From Takakia lepidozioides (Eukaryota; Plantae; Bryophyta), in the NCBI GenBank assembly GCA_030704615.1, contig CM060732.1, forward strand, positions 30,566,001 through 30,630,000: a stretch of DNA of 64,000 nucleotides, read 5' to 3'. Made by a program: the position numbers and the translations under genes. This document shows, piece after piece, positions 37,301 to 49,181 of this stretch (positions are counted from its first letter, which is position 1; every line of letters begins with the position of its first letter). The notes under the pieces are model-generated. The model did no database searches, had not been told where the DNA came from, and saw only the letters and a program-made list of their open reading frames with translations.

Positions 37301-37859
37301 CGAAAATCCGACAGCATCAACATGTTGACATGGTCCTTTACTGAGGGGTGCTAGTGAGCTTTCAACAACATTCATGCAAGTTGTTTTGGGCTCCATTGGG
37401 CTCTACACGATGAGGAACAACGAACTCCAAACTCTGCTCAAGAAACGTGTGCTTTTACCGAAGTTTCAACAAGGATATTAATGTGCTCTTCAAGGTGGCA
37501 GGAGTCAGGGGCCCTAAATCGACCACCGGTTCGTCGTCGTGCCGTTCTGACGGCTCCTAGCGGTTAGCACTTGCATGCAGCCGCCAAATGGGCCCCAGCA
37601 ATTGCCACTTCCCCAAGGCATGCAATAGCCACCTTTCGGACAGCGATGTCCGTCCAAAGCCTTTGGCCGGTTTTATTTTTTGAGCGACTTGGGGTACATA
37701 TATTGGAATTTGGATCATGAGAAAAACTTAAATGCCAAGACCGAGGGTAAAAGACTCTGGCTGCTCAGCGCCTTCCTCCCTGGTCGTTTCGAGAGAACAC
37801 TCTACAATCGCCAGACTGCAAACATAAGCTGGGTTAGCATCTGTGTACGTCTGGACATG

Positions 37860-39245
37860 CTCGTTGTTCCTCGTCGTGTAGAGCCCAATGGAGCCCAAAA
37901 CAACTTGCATGAATGTTGTTGAAAGCTTATTGCACCCCCTCACTAAAGGACCTTGTCAAAATGTTGATGTTGTCGGATTTTTGAGCACAAACCTCTACCT
38001 TGGGGCATGGAGCAGAGCTGCCATGAGTTTTTCAAAGATCCTTCACAATGGTGGGACAACCGTAGTTGCAACCGCAATCGCAAGGTGTGGCTTTTTCTTA
38101 ATGTACAATGTGAAGAAGTTTGTCCATCCTGCAAATGTGGGCTCTTGGCTCCTGATAGTACCATGATTTGGGATTCTTCCAGACGTTTACAACGTTTTTG
38201 GGAGTGTCAGTTTGGTCTTGGGAGGCCGTCAAATCCTCCATGGGTCACACTATAGGAAAAAGAGGGGGGGGGGGGGGGGTTGCGACGCCGTGGCGTCGCA
38301 AAATAGCCCTTTTCGGCAAGGGGGAAGGGCCAATTTTGTGACGCCCAGGCGTCGCAGGCCCGTCGCACGGGCATCGCCAAAAAAACGTCGCAAATTTACG
38401 ACGGATAGGGGTTGCAAATTTGTGCCACCGCGATTTGCGACGTCGGCGCGATTTACGACGCCCGGACGTAAAAATATAAAAATTATTAAATTTTAAAAAA
38501 TAAAAAATAAAAATAAAAATAAAACCTATTCTGCAATGTCGAATTAGCAATGTCCAGAGGTCGTAAAGTGCAACGCTTGCGACCCCCGGACGTCGCAGTT
38601 TAAGGGGGTACATTTGAATTTAGGCGGAAAAATTTGAATTTCAAAAACTTGTTGACCATTGACTCCGGTTCTGTCCAATGGCGATATGTTCATTGTTCTA
38701 CCGCAAAGCCCAAAAAAAAAAAAAAAAAACAAACAAACCCACATTGTGGCTATGCCGTTGCGACGCCCCGGCGTCGCAGAGGCGTTGGGGCGCCCTCAGG
38801 GACGTTGTTGCAACGGCAGGGCGTCGCAACGCCCAAAAAATAAAAATAAATAAAAATAAATTGGGTTTTACGACGCTGGGACGTCGCAAGAAAAAAAAAT
38901 CCGTCGCAGCGGGGACCCCCTTTCTCCTTCATGCCACCTTGCGACGGCTAGGTGTCGTAAGGGCGTCGCAGCGGAGGATTGCGACGTCGGGGTGTTGCAA
39001 AAAAGTGTCGCGGGGTTGGCGTCGCGGGCTCAGCGCCATGCAGGGCATGGGGGCGTGGCTGGCGTTACAACCCCCCCCCCCCATTTGTTGTAGTGTCATG
39101 ATACAAGGTCAAGGACAATGCGGTGAGGGCACCTTCTTCTTCGACCTCTTTCAGCCTATTTTGCCCTTTCATCATACTCGGCCTGAATTTGTATATTGAA
39201 TTATGTAAGTTAGCTTGTTGGGTGGATCTGTGGTGGTTTGGAGTG
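37860..39245 (+). pseudogene. Inverted (head-to-head) copy of the 5' end of the PDF-PPR gene, interrupted by a CACTA
   Basis: 37860-38247 is the reverse complement of ~36945-37425 (MEQSCHEFFKDPSQWWDNR; SNPPWV); it resumes at 39096. Confidence 0.85.
38248..39095. mobile_element. Non-autonomous CACTA element, same family as the one at 22296
   Basis: CACTA...TAGTG termini, 3-bp TSD TCA/TCA, GCGACG subterminal repeats; removing it restores the paralogous sequence. Confidence 0.93.
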
Positions 39246-39565
39246 AACGGAACGGATGGTTGCCCATCCAAATCATTTGTGTTTGCTTTCAAATTTTGCC
39301 AGTATGTTCGAGACACCCTCTCATAGGTCCCCGACCAATACGAGATCAATCGAAATTTATTCGATGGCTGAATGGATGGTTGCCCATCAGAATGATTTTG
39401 GTTCCCTTTGAGACTTGGCTAGTATGTTCAGTGTACCATCTAAGAGGTCCCAGAGTAATATGAGATGAAACGAAATTCATTCAATGGGCCAACGGATGGT
39501 TGCCCATCCAAATGATTTTCGTTCGCTTCGAGACTTGGCCAGCATGTTCAACGTACCATCTGACA
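39245..39565. repeat. ~121-bp tandem repeat, about 2.6 copies
   Basis: ggatggttgcccatc recurs at ~39254, 39374 and 39494. Confidence 0.8.
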
Positions 39566-40619
39566 GGGAGGAAGAGGGGGCACCAGTTCCCACTGTCCCT
39601 CCAATTCTTGGGTGCTTACGATCAAGACAACCCTCAAAATGACTAAATCCCCTTCAGAACCCAATTTACAGTTTAACGGGGGATTAGAAACCCCCAAAAA
39701 AAAAAAAAAATCAACTGATATTTATCGGATGAAACAATTGTAGCGAAACAAATAAAAATTATTAAAATGAAGAAAAACAAGAAAATTCCTATGGGTGGAG
39801 GATTTCAAAGGAACCCAGAGATACCAAAATTACCTCCAGGGAATCAAGCGAACACCACGGGAACGCGCTCCTAACTCGAGAACGGTGGGGAACCGCTCTC
39901 CTCAATGGGAGCGCCCCAAATTCTTGTTTACAATCTCCCACAAATGTTAGTACGTTGACTAAGGGGTCATTGCTTCCTTGGATGAATGAAATAGTAGCTC
40001 TAATGACTCATGCAACAACCATTCATGCAAAAATATATATATTTAAACCAAATAAGTGGGTCCCAAGGCTTTCCTAGCTCTAGAATCCTCCTCTACCATA
40101 AACTAATGTATCATATAGGCATGTTGGTGTTGAAATTTGTCATCATCAACCTCCTGAAACCCCCAAGGGAACCTCTCCCGCTAGGTCTCTGGGCTATCCT
40201 TCTCTATCTTATATTGCAAGAACTCCTGGGACGCACCTCCTCAGGCTCTGGGAGACATCTCAAACATTGGACGGCGGCGACGCTCTTTTGTGGAGGAGGA
40301 GGTATGTAAAGATATCCTCATTCTCCAAACTATAGTTATACTTGTTGGATATCCACGCCTATTCGGGCACCATCCAACACTTTGAAGGAATGTTGTGGGT
40401 TGTTTTCGTGTGTTTTCTATGGTATGCAATTTGTGATGTGGAAGTATTTTATCATCTGCTTAGAGAGAGAGATGACTCCGGACGCGGCCGGCGTAACTAA
40501 GGGCCATTTCACCTTGCGGCTACTGTCCCTTTTCGGGGGTTGGCCCTATAAATATAAGACTATTGGGTGCCCGGAGGGCACCCTGTCATCCAGGGGATAG
40601 GGATGTGGGAAGGTACCCA

Positions 40620-41545
40620 AGGGGGGTACCCCTGGGGTATACAAAGTGTCAAGAGGCTGGAGAGATGTGGGATTCTAGCTGCCTTTTGTTAGTGATAATA
40701 GCCGTGATGGAGCGTATCGCAATCAGGTGAATAGCTTTGAAACATTTGTGTATGGGGGAGATAGGAATTTTGAAGTTATTATGTAGGGCAGAGATACTAG
40801 CATTATGGATGTCGCCTCTAGTGCCGGCAGTAATGACCGTTAGTGGGCATGTAGACCAGCCATGGCGGCGAATGGCTAGGATAAGCGGGGTGTACTTTTG
40901 ACGTTTTTCTAGTGTGGAAGAGCTGGGGTAGCGGTCATTACAATATGAGAATTCAATGAAGTGTATGGTGAGGTTTGGGGAAGGGGTGTTGGGCGGTGAC
41001 GCGTATATGAGCAGCTCGTGGATTAGAAGTATATCTAGACATAGTCTAGCGGGACAGGTGCAGGGAGAAGGACGTTGGCAAGAACATGGCAGTAGCCATG
41101 GGGGTACAATGTGGTCATGGGGTCTACCTTGATAAGTCCCCGCATTGATGAGTGAGAACCAACGTGTTTCGGGGCAGCATATGAGTAGCTTATAGATGTA
41201 CCAAACCGCATGGTTATGTCTAGTGACACGAAGACCATGGATGACGGGGTGTGTGCATTGGCTGAGTAGATGGGGCTAGGTGTCGCGGACCGAATGGATG
41301 CTAGCACAGAGTGGACAGTTTGGGGAAGGAAAGAGGTGGGGCCAGAAGATATGTTCACGTTGGTAGCCCATGTACTGTGCATATCTGAATTTGAGGGTCT
41401 GTCTTATTTGGGCATCAGTGGCGAGACTAGTGTGCCGGAAGTGATTAGACAACTTATGATGTAGTACCTCGGATTGCATCCATTTCTGAACGTGTAGGTT
41501 AGTGTGGCTATCAAAGGACGATGTTTGCTTGGTTGCTAGCTTCAC
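40620..41545 (-). mobile_element. Non-LTR retrotransposon 3' fragment with a restriction-like endonuclease (Dualen/RandI- or CRE-like)
   Basis: QTLKFRYAQYMG...PNCPLC zinc finger, then TIHFIEFSYCNDR...IITAGTRG; truncated by the MULE end at 41546. Confidence 0.55.
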
Positions 41546-41699
41546 GAGGAGTGCAGCTACGGCGTGAGCCTAGCCGCGTGAGCCTAAGAGCTCGGCTCAC
41601 GCTTTGCCCTCTAAGCGTGAGCCTCCACTAACCCGAGTCCTCTGTTTAGAGAGGGTCCTATTGTCGTGGAAGCAGTTATAGCGCTTAAAAAAAGAGGTA

Positions 41700-43635
41700 T
41701 AGAAATAATGGAATGGTCATTGTGAAACTTACTGAAGTTTTCTTATTGAAGAAGAGGTGAAAAAAAAAGGCTGGGTGAGTCATCATGAATCTTACTTAGG
41801 GATTCTTGCATGAACAAGAGGCAAGAAAAGTTTGGATGCTCATTGTCAAGCTATCTGACGTTTCCAATATTTCATCCATGGTGGATGGATGATGGATGGA
41901 TGAAATATTGAATGAGAGGTTAAAGGATGGGCAAGAACATGCCCCAAAATATGACCCCTCATTGTGAAACAGGCAATGGTTTTTGTTAATGTAGATGAGG
42001 TGAAAATTAAACAGATGGTCATCTTCAAGCTTATTTAGGCTTTGTTTGTGAAGAAGATGTGTAACAAAATGAGCGGTTTATTGTAGAACTTGTTCAGGTT
42101 CGTGTTATTGAAGATGAGGTAAAAAAAAAACACATGGTCATTGTGATTGCTTATTTAGGGTGTCTTTGTGAAGAAAAGGTAAAAAAAAACATTGAGCTAT
42201 CCTTGTGAAACTTGTTTAGGATTCTGTTATTGAAGAAGAGGTGAAAAAAAAAATCAGATGGTCATCATGAATGCTTATATAGGGTTTGTTTGTGAAGAAG
42301 AGGTGAAAAAAAAAGTTAAGCTCTATCATTGTCAAACTTGTTCAGGTTTCTGTTATTGAAGAAGAGGTGAAAAAAGAAATAAGATGGTCATTATGAATGT
42401 TTATTTAGGGCTTGTTTGTGAAGAAGAGGTGAAAAAAATGAGCTCTCATTCTCAAACTTGTTAAGGTTTCTGTTATTGAAGAAGAGGTAAAAAAAATATT
42501 AGATGGTCATCATGAATGCTTATTTAGGGTTTGTTTGTGAAGAAGAGGTGAAAAAAAAAGTTAAGCTCTATCATTGTCAAACTTCTTCAGGTTTCTGTTA
42601 TTGAAGAAGAGGTGAAAAAAAAACTTGAGCTCTACCATTGTCAAACTTCTTCAGGTTTCTGTTATTGAAGAAGAGGTGAAAAAAAACCAGATGGTCATCA
42701 TGAATGCTTATTTAGGGTTTGTTTGTGAAGAAGAGGTGAAAAAAAAAGTTGAACTCTATCATCGTCAAACTTCTTCAAGTTTCTGTTATTGAAGAAGAGG
42801 TGAAAAAAAACCAGATGGTCATCATGAATGCTTATTTAGGGAATAAATTAGGGATTGTTTGTGAAGAAGAGGTGAAAAAAAAACTTGAGCTCTACCATTG
42901 TCAAACTTCTTCAGGTTTCTGTTATTGAAGAAGAGGTGAAAAAAATATTAGATGGTCATCATGAATGCTTATTTAGGGTTTGTTTGTGAAGAAGAGGTGA
43001 AAAAAAAAGTTGAGCTCTATCATTGTCAAACTTCTTCAAGTTTCTGTTATTGAAGAAGAGGTGAAAAAAAAAACCAGATGGTCATCATGAATGCTTATTT
43101 AGGGAACAAATTAGGGATTGTTTGTGAAGAAGAGGTGAAAAAAAAACTTGAGCTCTACCATTGTCAAACTTCTTCAGGTTTCTGTTATTGGAGAAGAGGT
43201 GAAAAAAAACCAGATGGTCATCATGAATGTTTATTTAGGGTTTGTTTGTGAAGAAGAGGTGAAAAAAAACTTGAGCTCTATCATTGTCAAACTTCTTCAG
43301 GTTTTTGTTATTGAAGAAGAGGTGAAAAAACACCGGATGGTCATCATGAATGCTTATTTAGGGTTATGAAGAAGAGGTGAAAAAAATTGAGCTCTATCAT
43401 TGTCAATCTTGTTCAGGTTTCTGTTGATGAAAAAGAGGTGAATAAAAAATCAGATGTCATCATAAATAAATTAGGGTTTGTTTGTGAAGAAGAGGTGAAA
43501 AAAAAAGTTGAGCTCTATCATTGTCAAACTTCTTCAGGTTTTTGTTATTCAAGAAGAGGTGAAAAAAAAATCATATGGTCATCATGAATGCTTATTTAGG
43601 GTTTGTTTGTATAGAGGACGTGGAAAACAAATGAG
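41700..43635. repeat. Satellite with ~60-bp subunits (~120-bp dimer), core GAAGAAGAGGTGAAAAAAA
   Basis: About 30 copies alternating ...agatggtcatcatgaatgcttatttaggg... and ...gagctctatcattgtcaaacttcttcagg... Confidence 0.93.
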
Positions 43636-43892
43636 CTGTCATTGTGAAACTTGTTCAGTGGCCAAATGGTGGGTGGGGGAGGCTTAGCAATGCAGGAGTC
43701 GCGGACGGTACCATTCACACAACGAGCCATATCGTCCGGGCAGAACCAGAATTTGTGCGTCATCGACTCCTTCGACATATATGGCCGAATCAAACCTGTG
43801 AACGTCGGAGCTGGAGTACCCGCTGAGCCTTTGGATATCCTGGACTTACACTTTTCATAACTAATGGCCCTCACTTCAGCGCAACCAACTCT

Positions 43893-46800
43893 CACTACAA
43901 CAGATGAGCGTTTTTATGACTGCAAATATGACTATTTTTTCAGTCATATATGCGTTCATGACTACATCACTCTATAGTGAAAAAAACCCTATCATAGCGA
44001 CTAATCTTTAGGACTGCATTTTGCAAGTCATAGTCGTGACTGCGTGCGTGGCACCTGGAGTCATGCATAAGAGAGTGATGCAGTTACAACTCTATGACTT
44101 ACATACGACTAACTATATGACTACATTGTCTGATGAGCGTTACCTACATGGAGAGGCTTTAGATGAACACGTGCACCACTACGCAAGCGACACGTCACGA
44201 CACCTGTTGCACTTCAGATGTGACATGTGGCACTTAGACATAATATATGACTAGCATATATGGCAGGGTTTATGCCACGTGTCATCAAGAATGTCTCTGA
44301 AAATAATTTAATAGTTATATTTGTAATTTTAAATTCTTAAATTTATATTTTATTTTTGAAAACAGGGAATAGTAGCTTGGAATTTTTTAATAAATGGTAT
44401 TATTGTTTAATTTAATAATGTTATATAATATAAAAATAGATTAAATGATTTAAATTCTTCATTATATGGTGAAATTCTGATATAAAAACAGAATGGACCC
44501 CTCTTGCATACTAGCAACCACAAAGACATTCAAAATAGACAAGTACAGGGAAATACACGCCCTGTAAATTATATTACAAAAATCCAAATGAGACCAATGT
44601 CCCAATGGACACCTCAAAGGCCACAAGGTCCAAAAATCCATGCCTGAAAAGGTCCAGTAAGCAAAAAATAAGCAAGCCCACACATGGGCTGAATTGTTGT
44701 AATACTAGTTTGTTCTGGTGCTACTAGAATCAAGGACCCTGTTAAACAATGCAATACTTACGGCCGATTTGATAAGAGGGAAAAATAGGATGAAATGTGT
44801 TGAAGAAGGTGCCTTCATTAACAGTGCCTGATTTGATCAATTGTGTCGCTGCTGCTGTGGCTTCCAGTTGACCATCTACCCATGCAGGTTTCTTGTACCT
44901 ATCCTTCCACAGGGAATCATAGGTAATATGGAGCTTGAAATCCGGCCCTCTTGGATGAATGTGGACCCACACATCTATCCCTGCTCCTTCAGCTATCCAT
45001 GCCCCTGCACAAATCATGCATACATCCTCGCCTTGCTGCTAGCAGCTGACAATGACAACCAAGTTCTATGACCCAAACCCAGAGTGAGCACAATGGCTTT
45101 GTAAGGCCAATGCCTACAAGGCATATTCAATACTACAATGAGGATACGCAAGCAGCAGATACCATGTGCAAATTAAAAAACAATAAAGGTGGTGAAGGTG
45201 CGCAACCTGCCAAAGAGAGGGCGGAGTTGAGGAAGGATGAAGCAACTACAGACATTGCGAAATGCTCTGGTGCGGGCAGAAGGGAAGACCCAGGCCCTGA
45301 CGGGGTTCAGCTAGCAAAAGAACAAGCTGCTGACAGCAACAACATGGAAGCAGAGTGGATACAAGTTGATTTTGACAAACCTGAGTCCATCAGACAAGGC
45401 ATTAGAAGGCCCAAACAAAGAACACTGTCTAAAATCTGTAATAACATGAGATATAGTCGTCACACACTAACCCAACATGGGTCTTGGCAAACTTTTAGCA
45501 AAGCTGAAACAATCACAGAAGCAAAAAAAGGGGCAGGACCTCAAGGGAAGATGTATAGAGTACCTTTTGCAGTGATCAATGAGTACGTGGAAGAAGGAGA
45601 AGCTTACCCATTGCCAAGCACGGAGTACATGATGCAACCAACAACATAAGTATCATGTCAGTTCACTCATAATGAGCTGGAGGCACTGGATGAGTTGGAC
45701 GAGATATACGATATAAGTGATCACACTCCAATAAGACTACAACAACACCCCACATCAACATGTTGACACGGGGAAGTGCAAGAAGGCCAAAATAGGGGAT
45801 GGGATGCCTATTCTGCAGAAATCCAGCCAAGACATCAAGGATTTAGGGCAAAAACATGGATTTGGTGAAGAAGAATGCATTGGCATGGACAACATCTACA
45901 GCTCAGCAGGGTTTGAGCGCCAACCAGAGATATTCATGGGAGAGGATGACAAAAGTGAGGAAGAAGCCAAAACACAAAGGCCTTGACGCATTCACTGAAG
46001 ACTGGGCAGACAAACAAATAAGAGAAGACAACTCGCAAGAAACGGATAAGAGGGAAAAACAGGGTGAAATGTGCTGAAGGAGGTGCCTTCAGTAGAAGTG
46101 CCTGACCTTATCAATTGTGCCGCTGCTGCCGCTGCTTCCAGTTGACCATCTACACATGTAGGTTTCTTGTAGCTATCCTTCCACAAGGAATCATAGGTAA
46201 TGTGGAGCTTGAAATCCAGCCCTCTTGGATGAATCTGGACCCACACTCTATCCCTGCTCCTTCAGCTATCCATGCCTCTGATAGCCTAGAATTCTACCAG
46301 CAAACACCCTGGCAACCATACTGGTGTGGAGTTCTTCCCCAAAACACCCCAACCCTACTTATCACAATCTGAAATGCATTTGCTTCTCTCTGTAGTCCAA
46401 TAGGCATTCGCCTTTTTGTCTCCATTGTCCCACCATTGACTGGGGTCGGAAAGTGTTCACCCCAAAGCTTCTCCTCACCTCTATTATATGTTTTTGGATA
46501 CTTCCATGCTGCCACACTGGCAGTAACTTGCCAAAGTCACTCCAAACCACCACAGATCTACCCAACGATCTAACTTACAGAATTCAATATGTATCTTGCG
46601 GCCGAGTCTGATGAGAGGGCAACACAGGCTGAAATAGGTTGAAGAAGAAGGTACCCTACCACATTGTCCTTGACCTGTCCTGACCCATGGAGGATTTGAC
46701 CGACCATCAACCTAAAAAGACCTCTTGTGTGTGCTGCTTGTGTCTGTAGTCAGGTAATGTCGGATTGGTCTGTGAGATCGAACCACTACGGCGTAGCTGA

Positions 46801-47432
46801 GTAGTCAGAGATTGAAACACGCATGCTAAGACCAAGCTGACTCTCCCAAGAACGGCGAGCTCACTTCTCCTCGTCTCGTCTCCTCCTCCTCTTCTCCTTC
46901 GTGCATCATTTGCTCAACGCCTCCATCCCACGCCCCTGCATATCCTGCTATCATCGCGTTCCATCCCTCGGCTATGTGGTGTGGCGCAGGAGACAAAAAA
47001 ATTCCAAGTCCCAGCCCTCCTTTCTGTTCACGATTACCCTAATGGGCAACCTTATTAGCAATTTAACTTTTTTAAACCTAATGGGCAACCTTATTTGCAT
47101 TATATGTGCCTTCAAAATGACACGTGTAGTGATGTAGTCGTATAAATAGAGCTGTGAAACCATCTTCAGTCATGGAGTCATAAGATTCCATGAAACGTCG
47201 TCCGCGTGTAGTCAAACATATCACACTAGTCATATAACCCATCCCTGTCATCATGGTCAACAATGTTTGACCAATGCTCCCTAACTTTCCGGAGTCATGT
47301 AGTGATATCCATTACTACAAAGTCATAAAACTATGACTGCAATGCATTTCAGCGCTCTGTAGTCATCTACCTAGTGCAGTTTTTATGACTCCGCCAAAGC
47401 CGTAGTCCTAAAAACGCTCATCTCTTGTAGTG
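43893..47432. mobile_element. Pack-CACTA element carrying PDF/PPR gene fragments
   Basis: TIRs CACTACAA[C/G]AGATGAGCGTTTTT, TSD TCT/TCT, ATGACT subterminal repeats; no transposase; internal PDF exons at 44757-45060 and 46024-46855 and a PPR scrap at ~46900-46965. Confidence 0.9.
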
Positions 47433-49181
47433 TCTAGACCCTGGAGTAGTTCGCTCGATGTGCCATTCGGAGTCAGCACAAGGTGACTCCTGCACTGCCC
47501 CCCTGTGGTCCTGCTGGAAACCCGCAATTACAGGGGTTGCAAATAGAGGACAGGTCTCTGTGGAAGATGATGCACCAGCAGCCTCTTTCCTACTGGACAC
47601 CATGCTTTGTAGTGGAGAAATCTTGGGTACAGAGAAGTTGTCTCTGTCATGGCGATGTGAATCCCCATCTGATCCTGGAGGTGTATTTAGCTTGCGTTTG
47701 TAAGTCCCGAACATTTCCTCTCCTTCCAGATGGGGGCTCCCTTGATTGGAGAGGCAAGCCCATTGTGCACTTGTTCACTGCCTTTGTCATCTTCGTTGGA
47801 TCCCCGAACCTTCTTGCAGCCCTCAGCATAACTCTGCTGTATCTGGTCCCTTGCCCCCACATCGCCCCCTGAGGAAGTCACGATATCTTGTTTCTTGGGT
47901 TAGAGCTCGTACCGGATCACTGTTGTAGCAATGTACAGATCTCTTCCTCTTCCTGCTTTGCCAGATTGCAGCTTCCAGGCGCGCGTGAACGCTTTCTGCC
48001 AGGTTGCAGGACGACATGTCCGCAATGTCCTCAAGGGACATGTCCTTTGAAAGGAAAATGAAAGAGCGTCATTCATGCAAGCGCGGACCGTTCTGGGAAC
48101 AAGGAAAGAAACTGGGCACATACAAGGGATTGCAGAGGTGAAAGGCAGCTTACAGTAGTCATGAAAGCCCCCCATTGCCGGTATCTGAAGTGCCAGAAGA
48201 CCAACCAGTCTTCCAATTCTTTGACACCGTCCTTATTAGTAGCCCCTGACGAGAACCACCATGCTCTCACTGTCTGGTACCTGGTCTCAGCCTCTTCCAT
48301 TGTAGTCGCATTCTTGTACATGAAGTAGAGCCTCATGTGCTCCGCCTCCAGATCTCTTCTGATGCACCTCTTCGTATGTTTCTGCAGGGACTGAGTCCAG
48401 TGGAATAGACATGTGCGCTCCCTATTAGGCATGGGTACCTTTGGATCACCAGATCCAAAAACTCGGCGCACAGCATTGAAGTTAGCTTGTGCATTATCCG
48501 CCATAAACCCGTTGAAATTTATGCCTGTATGTCCATTGGACTCCATGACTAAAAGCCAACAATTCCACATTATCATCTGGGACTCTGTATCTTCAGACTG
48601 CATGTCACAGATAACAATTGTCATTATTCTTTGGTAGTTTGGGTTGTAAACATGGCAAGACATGGTTGTCCAACTCTTCACTCGTTTGCATTGATCGAAC
48701 ATCATCCAGGCTTTCTCCAGATTCCCCCCTGGTTGCATACGTCTGGCCAGGCTGACGCCACTAAGTCATATTGACTTATTCGCTTGAGCTCCATAATGCT
48801 GTCGATGGACCCTGTGTTTCCACCGCGCACTCTCAATGCATTCACCTGATTCCTAATATTGGGGGAGCTCAACACAGAGAAGTGATCCATCATTGCATCC
48901 AAAGACGCCCCCTCAAGTCTTGAGCTGGATTTGCTTCCTTGCCCCAGAATGTGCCTCTCCAGGAAACTTTTGCTAGCAGTCAGCGCTATGGCAGATGGTC
49001 TAGCTGAAGGGGACTTTGCAAACTTCTCCACGACAAGCCCACGCGCCAACTCCACACTATCTCTGCAATCGCCGTGAGACACAGGATGGTCGTGAGTCCC
49101 AAAATGGATGTAGGCTCGAGTCATGGTTTTGCAACGGTGAGTAACGTAGTACATGCGAGCAGGGCAATGTGTAATGCAGGA

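Larger units (their letters stand above)
41546..49181 (-). mobile_element. Mutator-like element A (3' part), with degenerate transposase at 43640-43892 and 47433-49181
   Basis: TIR GAGGAGTGC...GCGTGAGCC at 41546; MFDQCKRVKSWTTMSCHVY, FMADNAQANF, CLFHW; paralogous to element B. Confidence 0.8.

Noticed and set aside
43148-43587. ORFs with repeated EEEVKK
   Set aside because: Translations of the satellite
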